From NCBI GenBank assembly GCA_951406725.2, contig OX597828.1, forward strand, positions 17,608,001-17,672,000: a stretch of DNA of 64,000 nt, in the 5' to 3' direction. This document shows, in pieces, positions 1-14,204 of the stretch. The position numbers were made by a program, and so were the translations under genes. Source of the stretch: Octopus vulgaris. Its lineage: Eukaryota. Positions within the stretch are counted from its first letter, which is position 1; the number at the start of each line of letters is the position of its first letter. The notes under the pieces were generated by a model. That model was not told where the DNA came from, did not search any database, and worked only from the letters and a program-made list of their open reading frames with translations.

Positions 1-42
1 TCAATCTATCTATCTATCTATCAATCTATCTATCTATCAATC

Positions 43-115
<73 letters not shown>

Positions 116-137
116 CTACACACACACACACACGCAC

Positions 138-182
<45 letters not shown>

Positions 183-367
183 AAAACTGGATGACAAACG
201 AAGAAATGATTGTCTTATGAACTTGTTGAATCTCATAAAATAATCGTTTATTCCTTTGCCATGTCATTTTATTACTTCTCTGTACTCGACTGACGTGTCG
301 CTTTCGGTTATATGCATATTGAATTCTACACCTGTTTATTAGTCTCGCAATGTCTAAGCGAAATATT

Positions 368-405
<38 letters not shown>

Positions 406-462
406 TATAAGTGCATACACACATGCAAACATAATTCATACACATACATACGTACATGTATG

Positions 463-518
<56 letters not shown>

Positions 519-524
519 GTCTAT

Positions 525-845
525 CCTTTTATTCTTTTATTTCTTTCAGTCACTGACACCGGCTATGCTGGAGTACCGCCTTTAGTCGAAGAAATCGACC
601 TCAGGACTTAATACTATTCTGTCGGTCCTCTTTGCCGAACCGCTGTCTTACAGGGACGTAAACACATCGACATCGGTTGCCGAGTGATGGTGGAGAGACA
701 AACACACACACACACGTGTATATACATATATATATATGTATACGACGAGATTCTTTCAGTTTCCGTCTACCAATTCAACTCATAAGTCTTTGGTCAGCCT
801 GACGCTAGAGTAGAAGAGCCTTGTCTAAGGTGCCACGCAGCCTTT
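525..845 (-). mobile_element. SINE family A (CORE-like), partial
   Basis: Reverse complement matches the body and tail of the copies at 29608 and 30770. Confidence 0.75.
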
Positions 846-1869
846 TGTATTGTAAATTCTATATAGAGAGAGAAACAGACGGAAAGAGAGAGAGAGGGAA
901 AAAGAGAGAGAGAGAGAGAGATTACCTCGTTTATATGTGTATGTGTGCATATATATATATATATATATGTTTAACTGTCTGTCTTCTCCCCTTCTCTGTC
1001 TCTCTCTCTCTCTCTCTCTCTGTATACGTCTGTACATATGTACGTATATACACACACTAACTTACTCTCTCTCTCACACACACACATACACACATATTTC
1101 CCCCACGCACACACATACAGACACATACACACACACACACACACTCACACACACACACACACTGAGACACGATTGTCTGGTTAAATATTTTTGCTCTGAA
1201 ACCACAATGTTTTCGATTCAATCCCACTAAAATATTCTACCCCATCTTCCTGTCTGATTGCCCGAGCGTCACACATTTGAAACCCATCTATTTACTGTAC
1301 TATTTAGGGCTTATCTCTCAAGGTTATACTTAGAATTTATTTTTCGTAACAAGTTGATTTTATCTTACATTTCCAACGAACCACACAACGAGGATACATT
1401 ACATGATTCCAGTGGAATTTCTTATATAGATCGGAGTTTAACTTATCATCAACCAATCAAATCAGTGTTAGCTGTTCGTCAGTACAGCTCGTTCCGATTA
1501 GTCATAATGTCATTGATAAGACTACTTGTTACTCTATTTAAAAATTTATTTTCCCTTAGTTTTTGTTACACATTTTAAACTTGCTGTATTAATTTCCTCT
1601 TAACCATTTTTATGTCTCTTTCTAATTTTCCTTCTTTCCTTGTTTCTGTCTAAGTACTTCTTTGGCTGTTGTTACCGCTGCTGTTTTTAATGTTATCATG
1701 CTATGTAAATAAACTTAATTCAGCTTCATTTGAAACATATTTTCCCATTTCACTTCTTTAGAAATAAATAAGTAAATTATTAAAGAAGTGGATAAAATGT
1801 GTTTTGTACTATTTTTAATCGAATTGATATTAGCAGAAACATTTCTAAATTAGTATTTATGTATGCATA

Positions 1870-2242
1870 GGGGCGAGCTGGCAGAGTTGTTAAAACTCCG
1901 GGCGAAATGCTTAGCAGTATTTCGTCTGCCGTTATGTCAGCTTTGTCTTTCATCCTTTCGGGGTCGATTAAATAAGTACCAGTTACGCACTGGAGTCGAT
2001 ATAATCGACTTAATCCGTTTATCTGTCCTTGTTTGTCCTCTCTGTGTTTAGCCCCTTGTAGGTAGTAAAGAAATAGGTATTTCGTCTGGCTTTACGTTCT
2101 GAGTTCAAATTCCACGGAGATCGACTTTGTCTTTCATCCTTTCGGGGTCGATAAAATAAGTACCATTTCCGTACTGGGGTCGATCAAATCGACTGGCCTC
2201 CTCTCCAAAAATTTCGGGCCTTGTGCCTGGAATAGAAAAGAA
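1870..2242 (+). mobile_element. SINE family B (Nin/Deu-domain-like), with TSD
   Basis: GGCGAGCTGGCAGA head; two CTTTCATCCTTTCGGGGTCGAT-AAATAAGTACC blocks; flanked by TATTT(A/G)TGTATGCATA direct repeat. A second partial copy follows at ~2262-2490. Confidence 0.8.
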
Positions 2243-2573
2243 TATTTGTGTATGCATATGGGAGGTAACCTGGCAGAATAGTTAGCACGGCGAGCGAAAT
2301 GCTTACCTGTATTTCATCGGCTATTACATTATGCGTTCAAACTCCACCGAGGTCGACTTTGGCTTTCATCCTTTCGGGGTCGATTGAATAAGTACCAATT
2401 ACGCACTGGGGTCGTTGTAATCGACTTAATCCTTCTGTCTGTCCTTGTTTCTCTCCTCTATATTTAGCCGTCTGTGGGTAAGGAAGAAAAAAAGGTAAGT
2501 GCCTATGTGTAACATGAACCCAATTTTGTGTTAATGTTTATTCCTCGTTTCATAGTGATTCAAAGGTATAATA

Positions 2574-2907
2574 TTGGGTTGTCCGGAAAGTTCATGCCGG
2601 TTTTTAAAGGAAAGAAAAAGGTCAATAAATACTTGCCATTACATTTTTAATCAACCAAATATGAAACATTTTGTAGCACACAGCGTCTCCATCTTTCCTT
2701 TAACTTGAAAATACCCTCTTCCCAGAATTGAGGTGCTTTCATGGCAAATAATTCATCAAGGTATCTTTTTATGTCATCCAAGGAATTGAAATTTTTACCA
2801 TTAAGATTATTCTGCAGAGACCTGAATAATTGGAATTCCGAAGGATCAATATCTGGTGAATAGGGAGGGTGGGGGTAACACATCCCAGCCGAGCTGCAGC
2901 AAATTTT
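2574..2907 (-). mobile_element. mariner transposon fragment (transposase C-terminus plus one TIR)
   Basis: HPPYSPDIDPSEFQLFRSLQNNLNGKNF...FWEEGIFKLKERWRRC matches the mariner YSPDLAPSD region; TIR TTGGGTTGTCCGGAAAGTTC after TA; same family as 46809. Confidence 0.9.
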
Positions 2908-2910
2908 GCT

Positions 2911-2942
<32 letters not shown>

Positions 2943-3811
2943 AGTGTGTATGTATGGCCGTGTGGTAAGACGTTTTCTTCCAAATCATACGGTTCCAAGT
3001 TCATTCCCCTTTGCACAGCACCCAGGGTGCGTGTCTTTTTCTATATATACGATGGGCTTTTTTCATCACACATACACATACACACATACTCATATATGTG
3101 TGTGTGCATGTATGTATGTCTGTGCACACTTATGTGTGTGTATGTGTGTGTGTCTTTGTGTTTGTCCCTGCCATCGTTTGACAGTCAGTGTTGGTCTGTT
3201 TACGTCAACGTAACTTAGTGGTTCCACAAAAGCGACTGATAAAATAAGTATCAAAATTTAGAAATTATAAATATGGGGTCAATTCGTTCGACCGAAACCC
3301 TGAAGGTGGTACTTCAGCTTGGTCGCAGTTCGATGACTAAAACAAGTAAAAGATTATATGAAATATTGTTTTTTGTCTTGGGAGGGTCATTACGCTAATA
3401 CAGAACAACACACGCACCGGTTCAATATCACGTCTTTATTATTAGTCAAATACACACGCTTCGTTTACTTTCACCCTTCCCTTCTCTTGTAACCTACCAC
3501 ACATCTACACACACACATACAAGCATATATACACAGGCGTAAGAGTAATTCTCAGGCTCAAGGCAGTCACTGGAAGTTGAGGCCATGTTTTTGAAGAGGT
3601 CGCAAATAGCGACGAACGGACTTCGACAAAAAATTTGATTGATTCTTTAACTAACACATTGAACAAACGATCGATTAGATATTTAACCGACTAACAATTA
3701 AGAAGTGATATTTAGCCAGTGCGTGGGTTTTGTATTATTGATGTAAAGACACTCAGAACAACAAGATTCCTTTCAACACACAAATTCACGTCCAGGATCT
3801 TACTCTTTAAC

Positions 3812-4048
3812 CCTTTTACTCTTTTACTTGTTTCAGTCATTTGACTGCGGCCATGCTGGAGCACCGCATTTAGTCGAGCAACTCGACCCCAGTACTTATT
3901 CTAGTCGTGCAAATCGACCCCTATTACTAATTCTATCGGGCTCTTTTGCCGAACTGCTAAGTTACGGGGAAAACACACCAGCATTGGTTGTCAAGTGATG
4001 TTGGGGGGACAAACAGAGACACACAAACATACATACACACACACGCAT

Positions 4049-4100
<52 letters not shown>

Positions 4101-4259
4101 CACGTTTTTTCTCTCCTTGTTTTTTCTGTGTAACTTTCTGTAGAAGAGCGTAGGCTCAAAACGTAAAAGACTTTTTTCTATTCCTGAGCGTTATACTAAT
4201 ACATCTTTTTCTTTTGTACACCACGCGTCTTCGTCTTTTGTTTTTTCGTAACCTTTCCT

Positions 4260-4315
<56 letters not shown>

Positions 4316-4482
4316 TACAACGGGCTTCTTTTCAGTTTCCGTCTACCATATCTACTGACAAGTCTTTGGTCGGCCCGAGGCCATAGTAGAGAACACTTGC
4401 CCAAGGTTCCATGCAGTGGCACTGAACCCGGAACCATGTAGTTGGTAAGCAAGCTACTTGCCACACATCCACTCCTGCGCCT
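3812..4482 (-). mobile_element. SINE family A, interrupted by an HHR-like element in its internal microsatellite
   Basis: Head at ~4320-4482, tail at ~3812-4020. Confidence 0.8.
4101..4260 (+). mobile_element. Short dispersed element with HHR-like motif (family H3)
   Basis: Homologous to 51772-51960(-) and 53110-53310(+); motif at 4134-4169; lies between (TA)n tracts. Confidence 0.6.
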
Positions 4483-4669
4483 ACAGGATCTTGCAAACCA
4501 AACAGAAGAACGAAGATTAATTTAAAATTGAATCGAAACAAAAACAGACTATTTCAATAGAAACATAGTATCACAATTATTAAAAGGTCAATATTAACTT
4601 TTTTATTATAGAGATGCTGCTCCTGCTTTAGCAAAATTAGGCCCTGTTTGGGATACAATAACAACGAAA

Positions 4670-5115
4670 GAAATGCTGTGAGTGGATGTTGAAAGTGAGA
4701 GTAACACCATGACATTTTCAATTCTATGTTATAAAGACATATTTTGCATTCCATAGACAGGGCTTTGGACTAAGGAGAGCGTTAGTAAGGAATTTGTTGG
4801 TAAAGTTGTGAACCGTGAAAGAATACTGTTAATTACCAAAAGGCGGAAAATGAAGCGGTTTGGTCTTGTAAAATGACATCATGACACCATGCTTACTAGA
4901 GAATATGGTCACGCATGAAATAGCAGCCGGGGGAAAAAAATTGACGCTTAAAGACTATGAATGGTTACGGTTGAGTAACATCAAGGAATGGACAGGGAGA
5001 AAGATAGTGGAAAACATAAGAGTTGGCAGATGAGTGTGAAACATAGCAGAGGGAAAGGGGTTGTGTTTTCTCGTTGTTAACACCCAGCCGCCATGCTCTA
5101 TGGATTATGATTGAT
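4670..5115 (+). mobile_element. Degenerate RTE-like LINE 3' fragment
   Basis: Broken frames give RILLITKRRKMKRFGLVK and SNIKEWTG, resembling RTE C-terminal motifs (IKxRKLxWFGHV, DIKEWTG). Confidence 0.55.
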
Positions 5116-5257
5116 GAAGAGCAAGAATCTACATAAACCACATGTTATCGTTTAATTGCATACACAAATGCGCATACAACAACTCATACACGTACACACA
5201 CACACACACACACATACACACACACACGCACTTATGTGTATATATGTATCTATGTGT

Positions 5258-5300
<43 letters not shown>

Positions 5301-5338
5301 TATATACACTCACACGTAGATACATATACACATATGTA

Positions 5339-5407
<69 letters not shown>

Positions 5408-5602
5408 TTATATATACAGGGTGGGCCAAAATTTACGTACAAAATAAGTTGAATATGCTCCGGTATTGACAAAGACTTGCTTCAATTTTTCTAAAATTGA
5501 AAAAAAATAGATAAAATAATGGGGAATACACACACACACACACACACACATTTGTATATGGTTAAGAAAATGAATAATAATAGTAATAATAATGATGATA
5601 GT

Positions 5603-5654
<52 letters not shown>

Positions 5655-5724
5655 GTAATAATAGTAACAACAACGGCAATAATAATAATGATGATGATCA
5701 TCATCATCATCATAATAATAATAA

Positions 5725-5938
5725 TCTTTCCTACTCTAGGCACAAGGCTCGAAATTTTGAGGAAGGGACCTCTCTATTAGATGGACCCCAATACGCAGCT
5801 GGTACTAAATTTATCGAGCCCGAAAAGACGAAAGATAAAGTCAACTTCGGCGGAATTTGAACCCAGAACGTAAAGACAGACTAAATACCGCTAAGCATAT
5901 CGCCCGGCGTGCTAACGTTTCTACCTGATCACTGCCTT
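5725..5938 (-). mobile_element. SINE family B
   Basis: Reverse complement of head, Nin-like block and tail. Confidence 0.75.
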
Positions 5939-5942
5939 AAAA

Positions 5943-6135
5943 ATGATAATAAGTGCCGTGGGAATGATAAAGAAAGGTACTGACAAATTTTTTGACCATA
6001 TCCCTGGGAAACCAATAATGTATGAATCTCAAAAAATCGTAATGAGTCTCAAAAAATCGTATTGATATCAAACACCCACATTTTCCTCTTCTAATATATA
6101 TGTGCCTTAGATATCTGGTTGAGACCCGGTTGGAA
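5943..6135 (+). mobile_element. Degenerate 3' end of an R4/NeSL-type non-LTR retrotransposon
   Basis: IISAVGMIKKGTDKFFDHIPGKPIMYESQKIV..THIF resembles the IGALG...QK...TAHILR C-terminus of restriction-like-endonuclease elements; a short duplication shifts the frame. Confidence 0.5.
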
Positions 6136-6149
6136 GCTGAAACAAGATG

Positions 6150-6405
6150 CAGTTCTTCCTTTCGTATACAGTCCTTGTTTTCGTGTACATTCGCTGCATT
6201 TTTCTAAGGAATCTAGTGCTCTTAGCTTAGTTTTTCCTTGGGGCTGGCCGGATTGGAGTAATCTCGAGTATAACCAGCCGAAATTGCAAAGATAATCTGG
6301 AACTCGTCTAAAGAAAGAATAGTCCGAATGACTCGTCTTTGTTTTCGTATCGTTTGTCTGGATGTTTTGCGTTCTTGTCCCATTTTTTGTATTCCATTTT
6401 ATATA
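6150..6405 (+). repeat. Unclassified dispersed repeat (family U)
   Basis: Homologous to 21410-21785(-) and 55695-55765(+); shared CAGCCGAAATT and GATAATCTGGAACTCG blocks. Confidence 0.7.
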
Positions 6406-6769
6406 AATATAGCGATGTAAGTAAACTTTGGTCTCTTATATGTATACATACACACACACATAAACACACACACGCACTACACACACACACATACACACAC
6501 ACACAGATATATTAACTTACGTATACACACGTACATACATAAATACATACACATACTTATAGCTGATCACTGAGCATGCCTGTCTGTCTGTCTATCTATC
6601 TATCTATCTGACTGTCTGTCTGTCTATTGTGTGGACGCCCCCAGACGATGAAGTAGGCTAGCCCAATACGTAGATGTAGAGGAAGAAGTTTAGACGTCAG
6701 AGTTGAGTAGAGGTCATCCGAACGTGCGATATAACAGTTGCGACGAGGATTTCGTAGCTCTCACAGCCA

Positions 6770-6792
6770 CTATGTTGTATTGCGATATGACA

Positions 6793-6834
<42 letters not shown>

Positions 6835-6835
6835 G

Positions 6836-6892
<57 letters not shown>

Positions 6893-7169
6893 AGATAGGA
6901 TACTTTACTAAAACATACACACATTCATGTCTGCATGCTTGTATACGTACATACATACATAGATAAATACATACATACATACATACATACATACATACAT
7001 ACATACATACATACGTAGATCCACACATATACATGCAAACATACATACAAAAATCCATCCATACATACATACATGCATACTTACATTCACACATACATAC
7101 ATACATACATACATACACACATACATACATACATGCATACATACACACACACATACATACATACATACA

Positions 7170-7205
<36 letters not shown>

Positions 7206-8250
7206 TGCATGCATACATCCACACAAACTGTCATTCCACTCAACATCTCAGTACGTTTTTCGCTTAATTGCAATTTACACCAGTATCAATCCATAATTTC
7301 TCTCCCTCTCACACTTTCTCCTTCTCTCCCTCTCTCATTCTCTCTTTCTTGCTCTGGATATCCACACGCACACTCACTCGCGCACACACCCGTGCGTGAG
7401 GATCAGCATACGTGTATATACGAGCGAATGAGTGTACATTTAGATATAGGATAATTGCAGTATCTTTCAATCTTCTGACAGAATAATTAATAATATTCAG
7501 TTTCTTCGTTGCCTGAAGAACTTCGAAATTTATAATGCAGTGTTAATATATAAGTACTTGCGTTTTGCCATATATGTATGTACGGATGTATGTATGTATG
7601 TATGTATGTATGTATGTATGTATGTATGTATGCATGTATTCATGTATGCATGTACGTATGCATGTACGTATGCATGTATGCATGTATGTATGTATGTATG
7701 CATGCATCTATGTATGCATGCATTTATGCATGTATGTGTGCATGGATGTATGTATGCAGGTATGTATATATACATATGTGCATGCATGCGTGTGTGTATG
7801 TTTGCATATATATATATGTATGCATGTATGCATGTATGTATATATGCATGCATCTATGTATTTATGCATCTATGTATGTATGCATGCATGTCTGTATATA
7901 TGCATATATGTATGTGAGTGTGCATGTATGTATTTATGCATGTATAATTGTATGCATACATGCATCTATGTATGAGTGTGTGTATGTATATATGTATAGC
8001 TGTATGTACATACGTACCTATGTATATATGTATGCATGTACGTCAGTATTTACGTATGTGTGTATATAAGCCTGCATATATGTTTATATATATATGTACG
8101 CATGCATCTATGTATGTATGTAGGTATGTATGTATGCATGCATGTATGTATGCATGCATGTATGTATGCATGTATGTATCTATATATATGCACATATGTA
8201 TTTATGCATGTATGCATGCATGTATGCATGTATGTATGTAAGTATGTAAG
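6770..8250. repeat. Compound (TATC)n/(CATA)n/(TATG)n microsatellite field
   Basis: Direct reading; source of the YVCM/HTYI pseudo-ORFs. Confidence 0.95.
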
Positions 8251-8720
8251 CGTGCAATTAAGTATGGCCATCTAAATCCTTACAAGGACTTAGATGGCCA
8301 TACGGCACGCCATCAGCAATGGGAATCACAAACTTAAGCTGTCTTTTTTTACTAAAACATATTTAAGGTGTAGCCTTACTCGGTCGCGAGAAACTTCTCT
8401 CTACGTATGCATATATGCAAATAAGTATGTATTTATACTTCTACGCATCCATCAATCTATGTATCCATGTATATATGTATAAACGTTAGTCACATCCATT
8501 AAGTTGATCTACACCTCTTGACTTTTCTCATTAACTTTCATTCATTATCTCCTCGGTCAGAAATATGCTTTAGAGTTTTCTTGGTCTTTTTCCATTATTC
8601 TTTTAACACTTTTGTTTTAGGATTATCTTGATGGCTTATATTGTCATACAGACACGCATATTTCGTCACAGATATACGAGAGTGATTATTAAGGAATCAT
8701 ACATAAATATATCTGCGTAC

Positions 8721-8789
<69 letters not shown>

Positions 8790-8832
8790 TGTATGTATGT
8801 ATGTATGTATGCATGTATGTATGTATGTATGT

Positions 8833-8884
<52 letters not shown>

Positions 8885-9013
8885 ATACATACATAGATAG
8901 TTATATACGTTATTTTGTTTTTTTGTTTCTTTTTTTCTTTCTATTACTCTCTAACTTGAAATACTTTCACACACTCATACGTCGAAACTGATGATAGCGA
9001 CCATTATTATAAA

Positions 9014-9112
9014 TATTATTATTATTATTATTGTTGTTGTTGTTGTTGTTGTTGTTGCTGGTGTTGCTGCTATTGTTGTTATTGTTGTAATTGTAGTATA
9101 GTAGTAGTAGTG

Positions 9113-9182
<70 letters not shown>

Positions 9183-9210
9183 CAGTAGTTGTAGTAGTAG
9201 TAGTAGTAGA
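9014..9210. repeat. (ATT)n-(GTT)n-(AGT)n compound trinucleotide repeat
   Basis: Direct reading. Confidence 0.95.
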
Positions 9211-9865
9211 GTTATAGGAGTGAGAGGGAGAAGAGAAGGACAAACAGTTAAAGAAAGGTAGATGACAGAATCGGATGACAGAATCAAGAACAAAATACTT
9301 GGTCGTAATTTAAGTGCCTACAAAATCCGAAGTGTTATCTCCCTTGGAATCAGATATTGTGGAGATCTCGAGTCAACGGGTTTGCGCCATAAGCGACCGC
9401 TCTACCTAATGGAAATTCCTTCATATCTAAAACCAGGGATTTAAAAAAAAAAAAAGGAATTGTACACTGAACATGACTCCTTCCGGAAATATCATGTCTG
9501 GCAGATTTTCCATCAAAAATCGGCTCGACTCAATCAAGTATGAACTGAGGGTAGGACATCAACAACAACAACAACAACAACTACAACTACAACAGCATCA
9601 ACACGTTTAAGAACAATATTTAATCCAGTATTCCATCACGAAGAAATATGATAATATGGAGTTATAGAAGCTGCATGAAATGTTGGTGCTTCTTGATCCA
9701 TAACAATACAAAACCTAGACCGCAAAACACCGCAAAATTTATTCGGGACGTAGATTCACGTGTTCCAGTCTTCACGGGCAGTTGAAATGCCACGGTGAAA
9801 GTGATGGATGAGCTGACAAAAAGCAGCATATGTGTAAATACGCAAACACACATACCCACTCAGAG

Positions 9866-9913
<48 letters not shown>

Positions 9914-10036
9914 GTATGTGTATGTATGTGTGTACATGTAATAATAATAATAATAATAATATATATATATACTGGTAATTATATATAATATATGAATGTA
10001 CGTATCTATGTATCCTGCCAGCAGCGTTTTAATATA

Positions 10037-10320
10037 GGCGCAGGTGTAGCTGTGTGGTAAGCAGTTTGCTTGCCAACTACATGGTTCCAGGTTCAGTTCT
10101 GCTGCTTGGCACTATAAGCTGACCAAATGCCTTGAGAGTGGATATGGTAGACGGAAACTGAAAGAACCTTGGCATACATATATGTGTGCGTGCGTATTGG
10201 TGAGTGAATGTAGGTATGTGTGTGTCTTTGTGTCTCTGTTAGTCCCCTCCCCGTCATTTGACAAATGGTGTCGGTTTCTTTACGTTCATCTAACTTATTG
10301 TTTCGTCATATGAGGACCAG
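10037..10320 (+). mobile_element. SINE family A, diverged
   Basis: GGCGCAGGTGTAGCTGTGTGGTAAG head and GGTAGACGGAAACTGAAAGAA. Confidence 0.7.
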
Positions 10321-10719
10321 TGGAGTCTTCCTTATTACTAGAACCTCCAAAATAAAGAAGAAACATCAGTGTACTTTATACAGTGAAATTTATAATTCTA
10401 ACGAGATAGATTCTACTATTTTCTATTTAAATGTAATGTATTATATTTAGATCTGTGTCTCTCATGTTGCTGGCTATAATCTATAGATATATTCTATAGT
10501 GCCGTATAAACTAGAGAGAGAGTGGGTATTGTAACTCTAACCAATATCATTCGACAGAGCTAAGCATTGCCACATAGGAACTACCCTAAATGTAGCAAAT
10601 ACAGTTTGATTGTAGAATCTTCTTTACGTTTTATTGCAGCAGAATCAGGATGATGTTCCATGGTAGTTTATCCGCAAAGAGCACGTCTCCGATTTTCTTC
10701 TTTTCTAGGTTGATAAGAT

Positions 10720-11605
10720 ATTCTTTTCTACTTTAGGTACAAGGCCCAAACTTTTGGGGAAGGGGCCAATCGGTTAGCTCGACTCCAGTACGCAACTGGT
10801 ACGCAGCTGGTACTTTATCGACCTCCAAAGGATGAGAGGCAAAGTCGAGCTCGGCCAAATTTAAACTCAAAACGTAATGAAAGACGAAATGCCTATTTCT
10901 TTACTACCCACAAGGGGCTAAACACAGAGGGGACGAACAAGGAAAGACAAAGGAACTAAGTCGATTATAACGACCCCTGTGCCTAACTGGTACTTATTTA
11001 ATCGACCCCGAAAGGATGAAAGGCAAAGTCGACCTCGGCGGAATTTGAACTCAGAACGTAGCGGCAGACGAAATACCGCTAGGCATTTCGCCCGGCGTGC
11101 TAACCTTTCTGCCATATCACTGCCTATAGGCTGATAAAATATTATAAAAGCTTTTGTACTCTAAGCACAAGGCCCGAAATTTTGGGGAAGGGGGTCATTT
11201 GATTAGCTCGAACAAAGTACGCAACGGATACTTAATTTATCGACCCCGAAAGGATGAAAGGCAAAGTCGACCTCGGCGGAATTTGAACTCAGAACGTAGC
11301 GGCAGACAAAATACTGCTAAGTATTTCGCCCGACGTGCTAACCTTTCTTATTTCTTTATTGCCCACAAGGGGCTAAACATAGAGGGGACAAACAAGGACA
11401 GGCAAAGGTATTAAGTCGATTACATCGACCCATTGCGTAACTGGTACTTAATTTATCGACCCCTAAAGGAGGAAAGGCAAAGTGGACTTCGGCGGAATTT
11501 AAACCCAGAACGTAAAAACAGACAAAATACCTATTTCTTTACTACCCACTAATACCGCTTTGCATTTCGCCCGTCGTCCTAACGTTTCTGCCATCTTGCC
11601 ACCTT
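10720..11605 (-). mobile_element. Two adjacent SINE family B copies
   Basis: Repeated CGACCCCGAAAGGATGAAAGGCAAAGTCGACCTCGG blocks; the target-like sequence TAGG(T/C)TGATAA(A/G)ATATT occurs three times. Confidence 0.85.
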
Positions 11606-12477
11606 TAGGTTGATAAAATATTATAAAATTGACAATACCCTACCTCCAATTTCAAATCCTCCTACCTAACCATTTGTAATCGACTTAAGTGGACGGCGTG
11701 CTGGCAGAATTGTTAAAGCAACGGGAAAGTTGTTATGGGTCTTTTTTTTCCAGTTCCTTAATTTCAGGTTTCAAATTCCACCGAGGAAGTCAGTTTTGTC
11801 TTTTTTTTTTTCTTCCTGAGTCGTTACAGTAAAGTACCACTCAAGTTACCTGGTTCGATGTTATGGACTGATGCCCTGCCTTGAAATCGTTGCCTTTATA
11901 CGTAAAGCAGAAATAGTTATTATCTTTATTAAGACGAAGGGGAATTTATAATAGCAAAATCGAAGTGCGCCGTTCTGCTAAGTCATTTACCCAATCCTAA
12001 ATCAAATCGTACCAAACTGCGAAACACATATGGTAGTAAATGAAAGCGACTTTCGAAAGTTATTCGGGGCATTGAACTGGATTTACAAACCAATAGTAAT
12101 AGAACGCGGTGGAGAAAGAGTTTTGAATTACTAAAACCAAGCATTTAGTAGTTGCTTGTACTGTACAGCTGCGAACGACACTTCTTTAATCCAAAAGTAA
12201 CCTAAGTTAAAACAAGATAGTTCTCGATTAAAAGTTGAGCTTTTAACAGTAATAGTTCGTTAAAAAAAGCCACGACGGATATAAATTACTGCATTTACTT
12301 AACATAGAAATACATTGTTGTGTGTCATATTGTGAGCAATTATTTTATTTCTTCAAATCCGCGTCTCCAGATAACGTCACAACTGATGAATGTTTATTAA
12401 AGATGGCTTATATTTATCTATATGTTATTCTTAGTTAAAAATCGTAACACACACACACACACACACACACGGTCACA

Positions 12478-12515
<38 letters not shown>

Positions 12516-13806
12516 TACATGCTTATATACACGCATACACCCAAACGCACACAGGCTCACACAAACGCACACATTAATACACACTCTCATACATGCATAG
12601 AAAACAATAGTGCTAACATGCTACTGTAAAGATAACGTTTTCGCAACGATTTTATTTTTCATATATGGTGATTATTATACGAATGCTTTTGGTTGGATGA
12701 AAGAAGATAAATGAGCGTAGGCGTGAAAGACAGGAAAGATTGAAAATTACTGATGTATTTTGTTGGCTCGAAGTGTTTACAGTTGTTTAGCTTAAAACGA
12801 GCCCTAAATCTGAAGACCTAAAATAAATTTTTTAGTTATAGTCATCCGTCTTTTTGTATATCTGCGTCAACATGCTATAACATATTACTGTTTTATTTTT
12901 ACAATTGGATTTGTTTAAGGTTGGCTACTTCTTCTAGCAGGTCGGTCGACCACAAAAATGTTTTGTAATAGTTTTATGGGCTCAGCTTCGTGACATTCTC
13001 CTTCGAACATATATATATACAGACGGGTTACCAGCACCATTGCAGCGAAACCTAAGCGTTTCTATGTTTCCAATTTTCCCACACGGTGAGATTAGAAGTT
13101 CAAAGAAATGTGTGCTTTTTGTAACATAGTGAAGGACAACATACTAAATTTGTAGTGGATCCTATTATTAAGTAAACGGAATTTTTCTCTCTCGTATCAA
13201 TGAATAAAAGGGGTGATGCAGTGAAAGAGTATACGTATGCATATTTGTATGTATCTCCCCCTCTATTTCTCTTGGTGTGTGGTTGTGTGTGCGTGCATGT
13301 TGTACTTATGCGTCTGTGCGCTTACTGCTCTTGTCTTTAGAGAAAAGGAATGTGTGTCTATATGTGTGCATATGATCATACGTATGGGTGCGTGTGTATA
13401 TGTAAGTATGTCTGTATGCATGTATGTATGAATACATGTATCTATGCATGTATATATATATATATATGTGTGTGTGTGTGGATGTAGGCCTGTACATAGA
13501 CATGTGCAAATATACATAGGGGTGCAGGTCTGGATGTTATTGTATATGTCGATCTTATTTCATGAATGTTTTACATATTTTGACATATATCTCTATGTGT
13601 TCATGATTTTATTTTCCTTTCATACACATGTAGTTTCGATAACATAAATAATATGACTGAGTACGTACGAGCGTGTTGTTAATCGTTCAACATTGCTGAA
13701 TGATTAAGACTGCTTTAATACTTTCCTGTGAACGCTTGTGTATGAGTGTGCAGATAAATAGACAAATAGACATATTTCTCCATGTAAGTTCGTATGCACA
13801 TTTGTT

Positions 13807-13880
<74 letters not shown>

Positions 13881-14204
13881 CAAATCTTTCAGATTGTAAC
13901 CTTCATACTGTACAGAGAACTCCAGATGCTCTTTTTGTAAGGGGGTCTCTGGTTTAAGCAATACTGGTGGTGATGGTGGCGGGGGCATCTCACTTCGTCA
14001 AACATCTTATATATTACCTAATCTCCAGACTATATCAATTCCTTAAGTAAAATATTGTAGTATATTGGAATATATATTAGTAATGCATATGGGGACACTT
14101 AATTTTCTGTATTTTACTCTCTTCAGACCAACTAAGACTATTATATTTTCCGTGCGAATGTGGTTTTTTTTTGTTATATACGGTGCCTTTTTTTACAATC
14201 CTGT

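Noticed and set aside
5416-5510. TA-CAGGGTGGGCCAAAA Tc1-like terminus
   Set aside because: No matching second TIR or coding remnant
7505-7540. CTGAAGA..GAAA hammerhead candidate
   Set aside because: No convincing stem II or stem I; single copy
9662-9812. Possible terminal exon on the minus strand
   Set aside because: Acceptor plausible but the frame is ambiguous and unsupported
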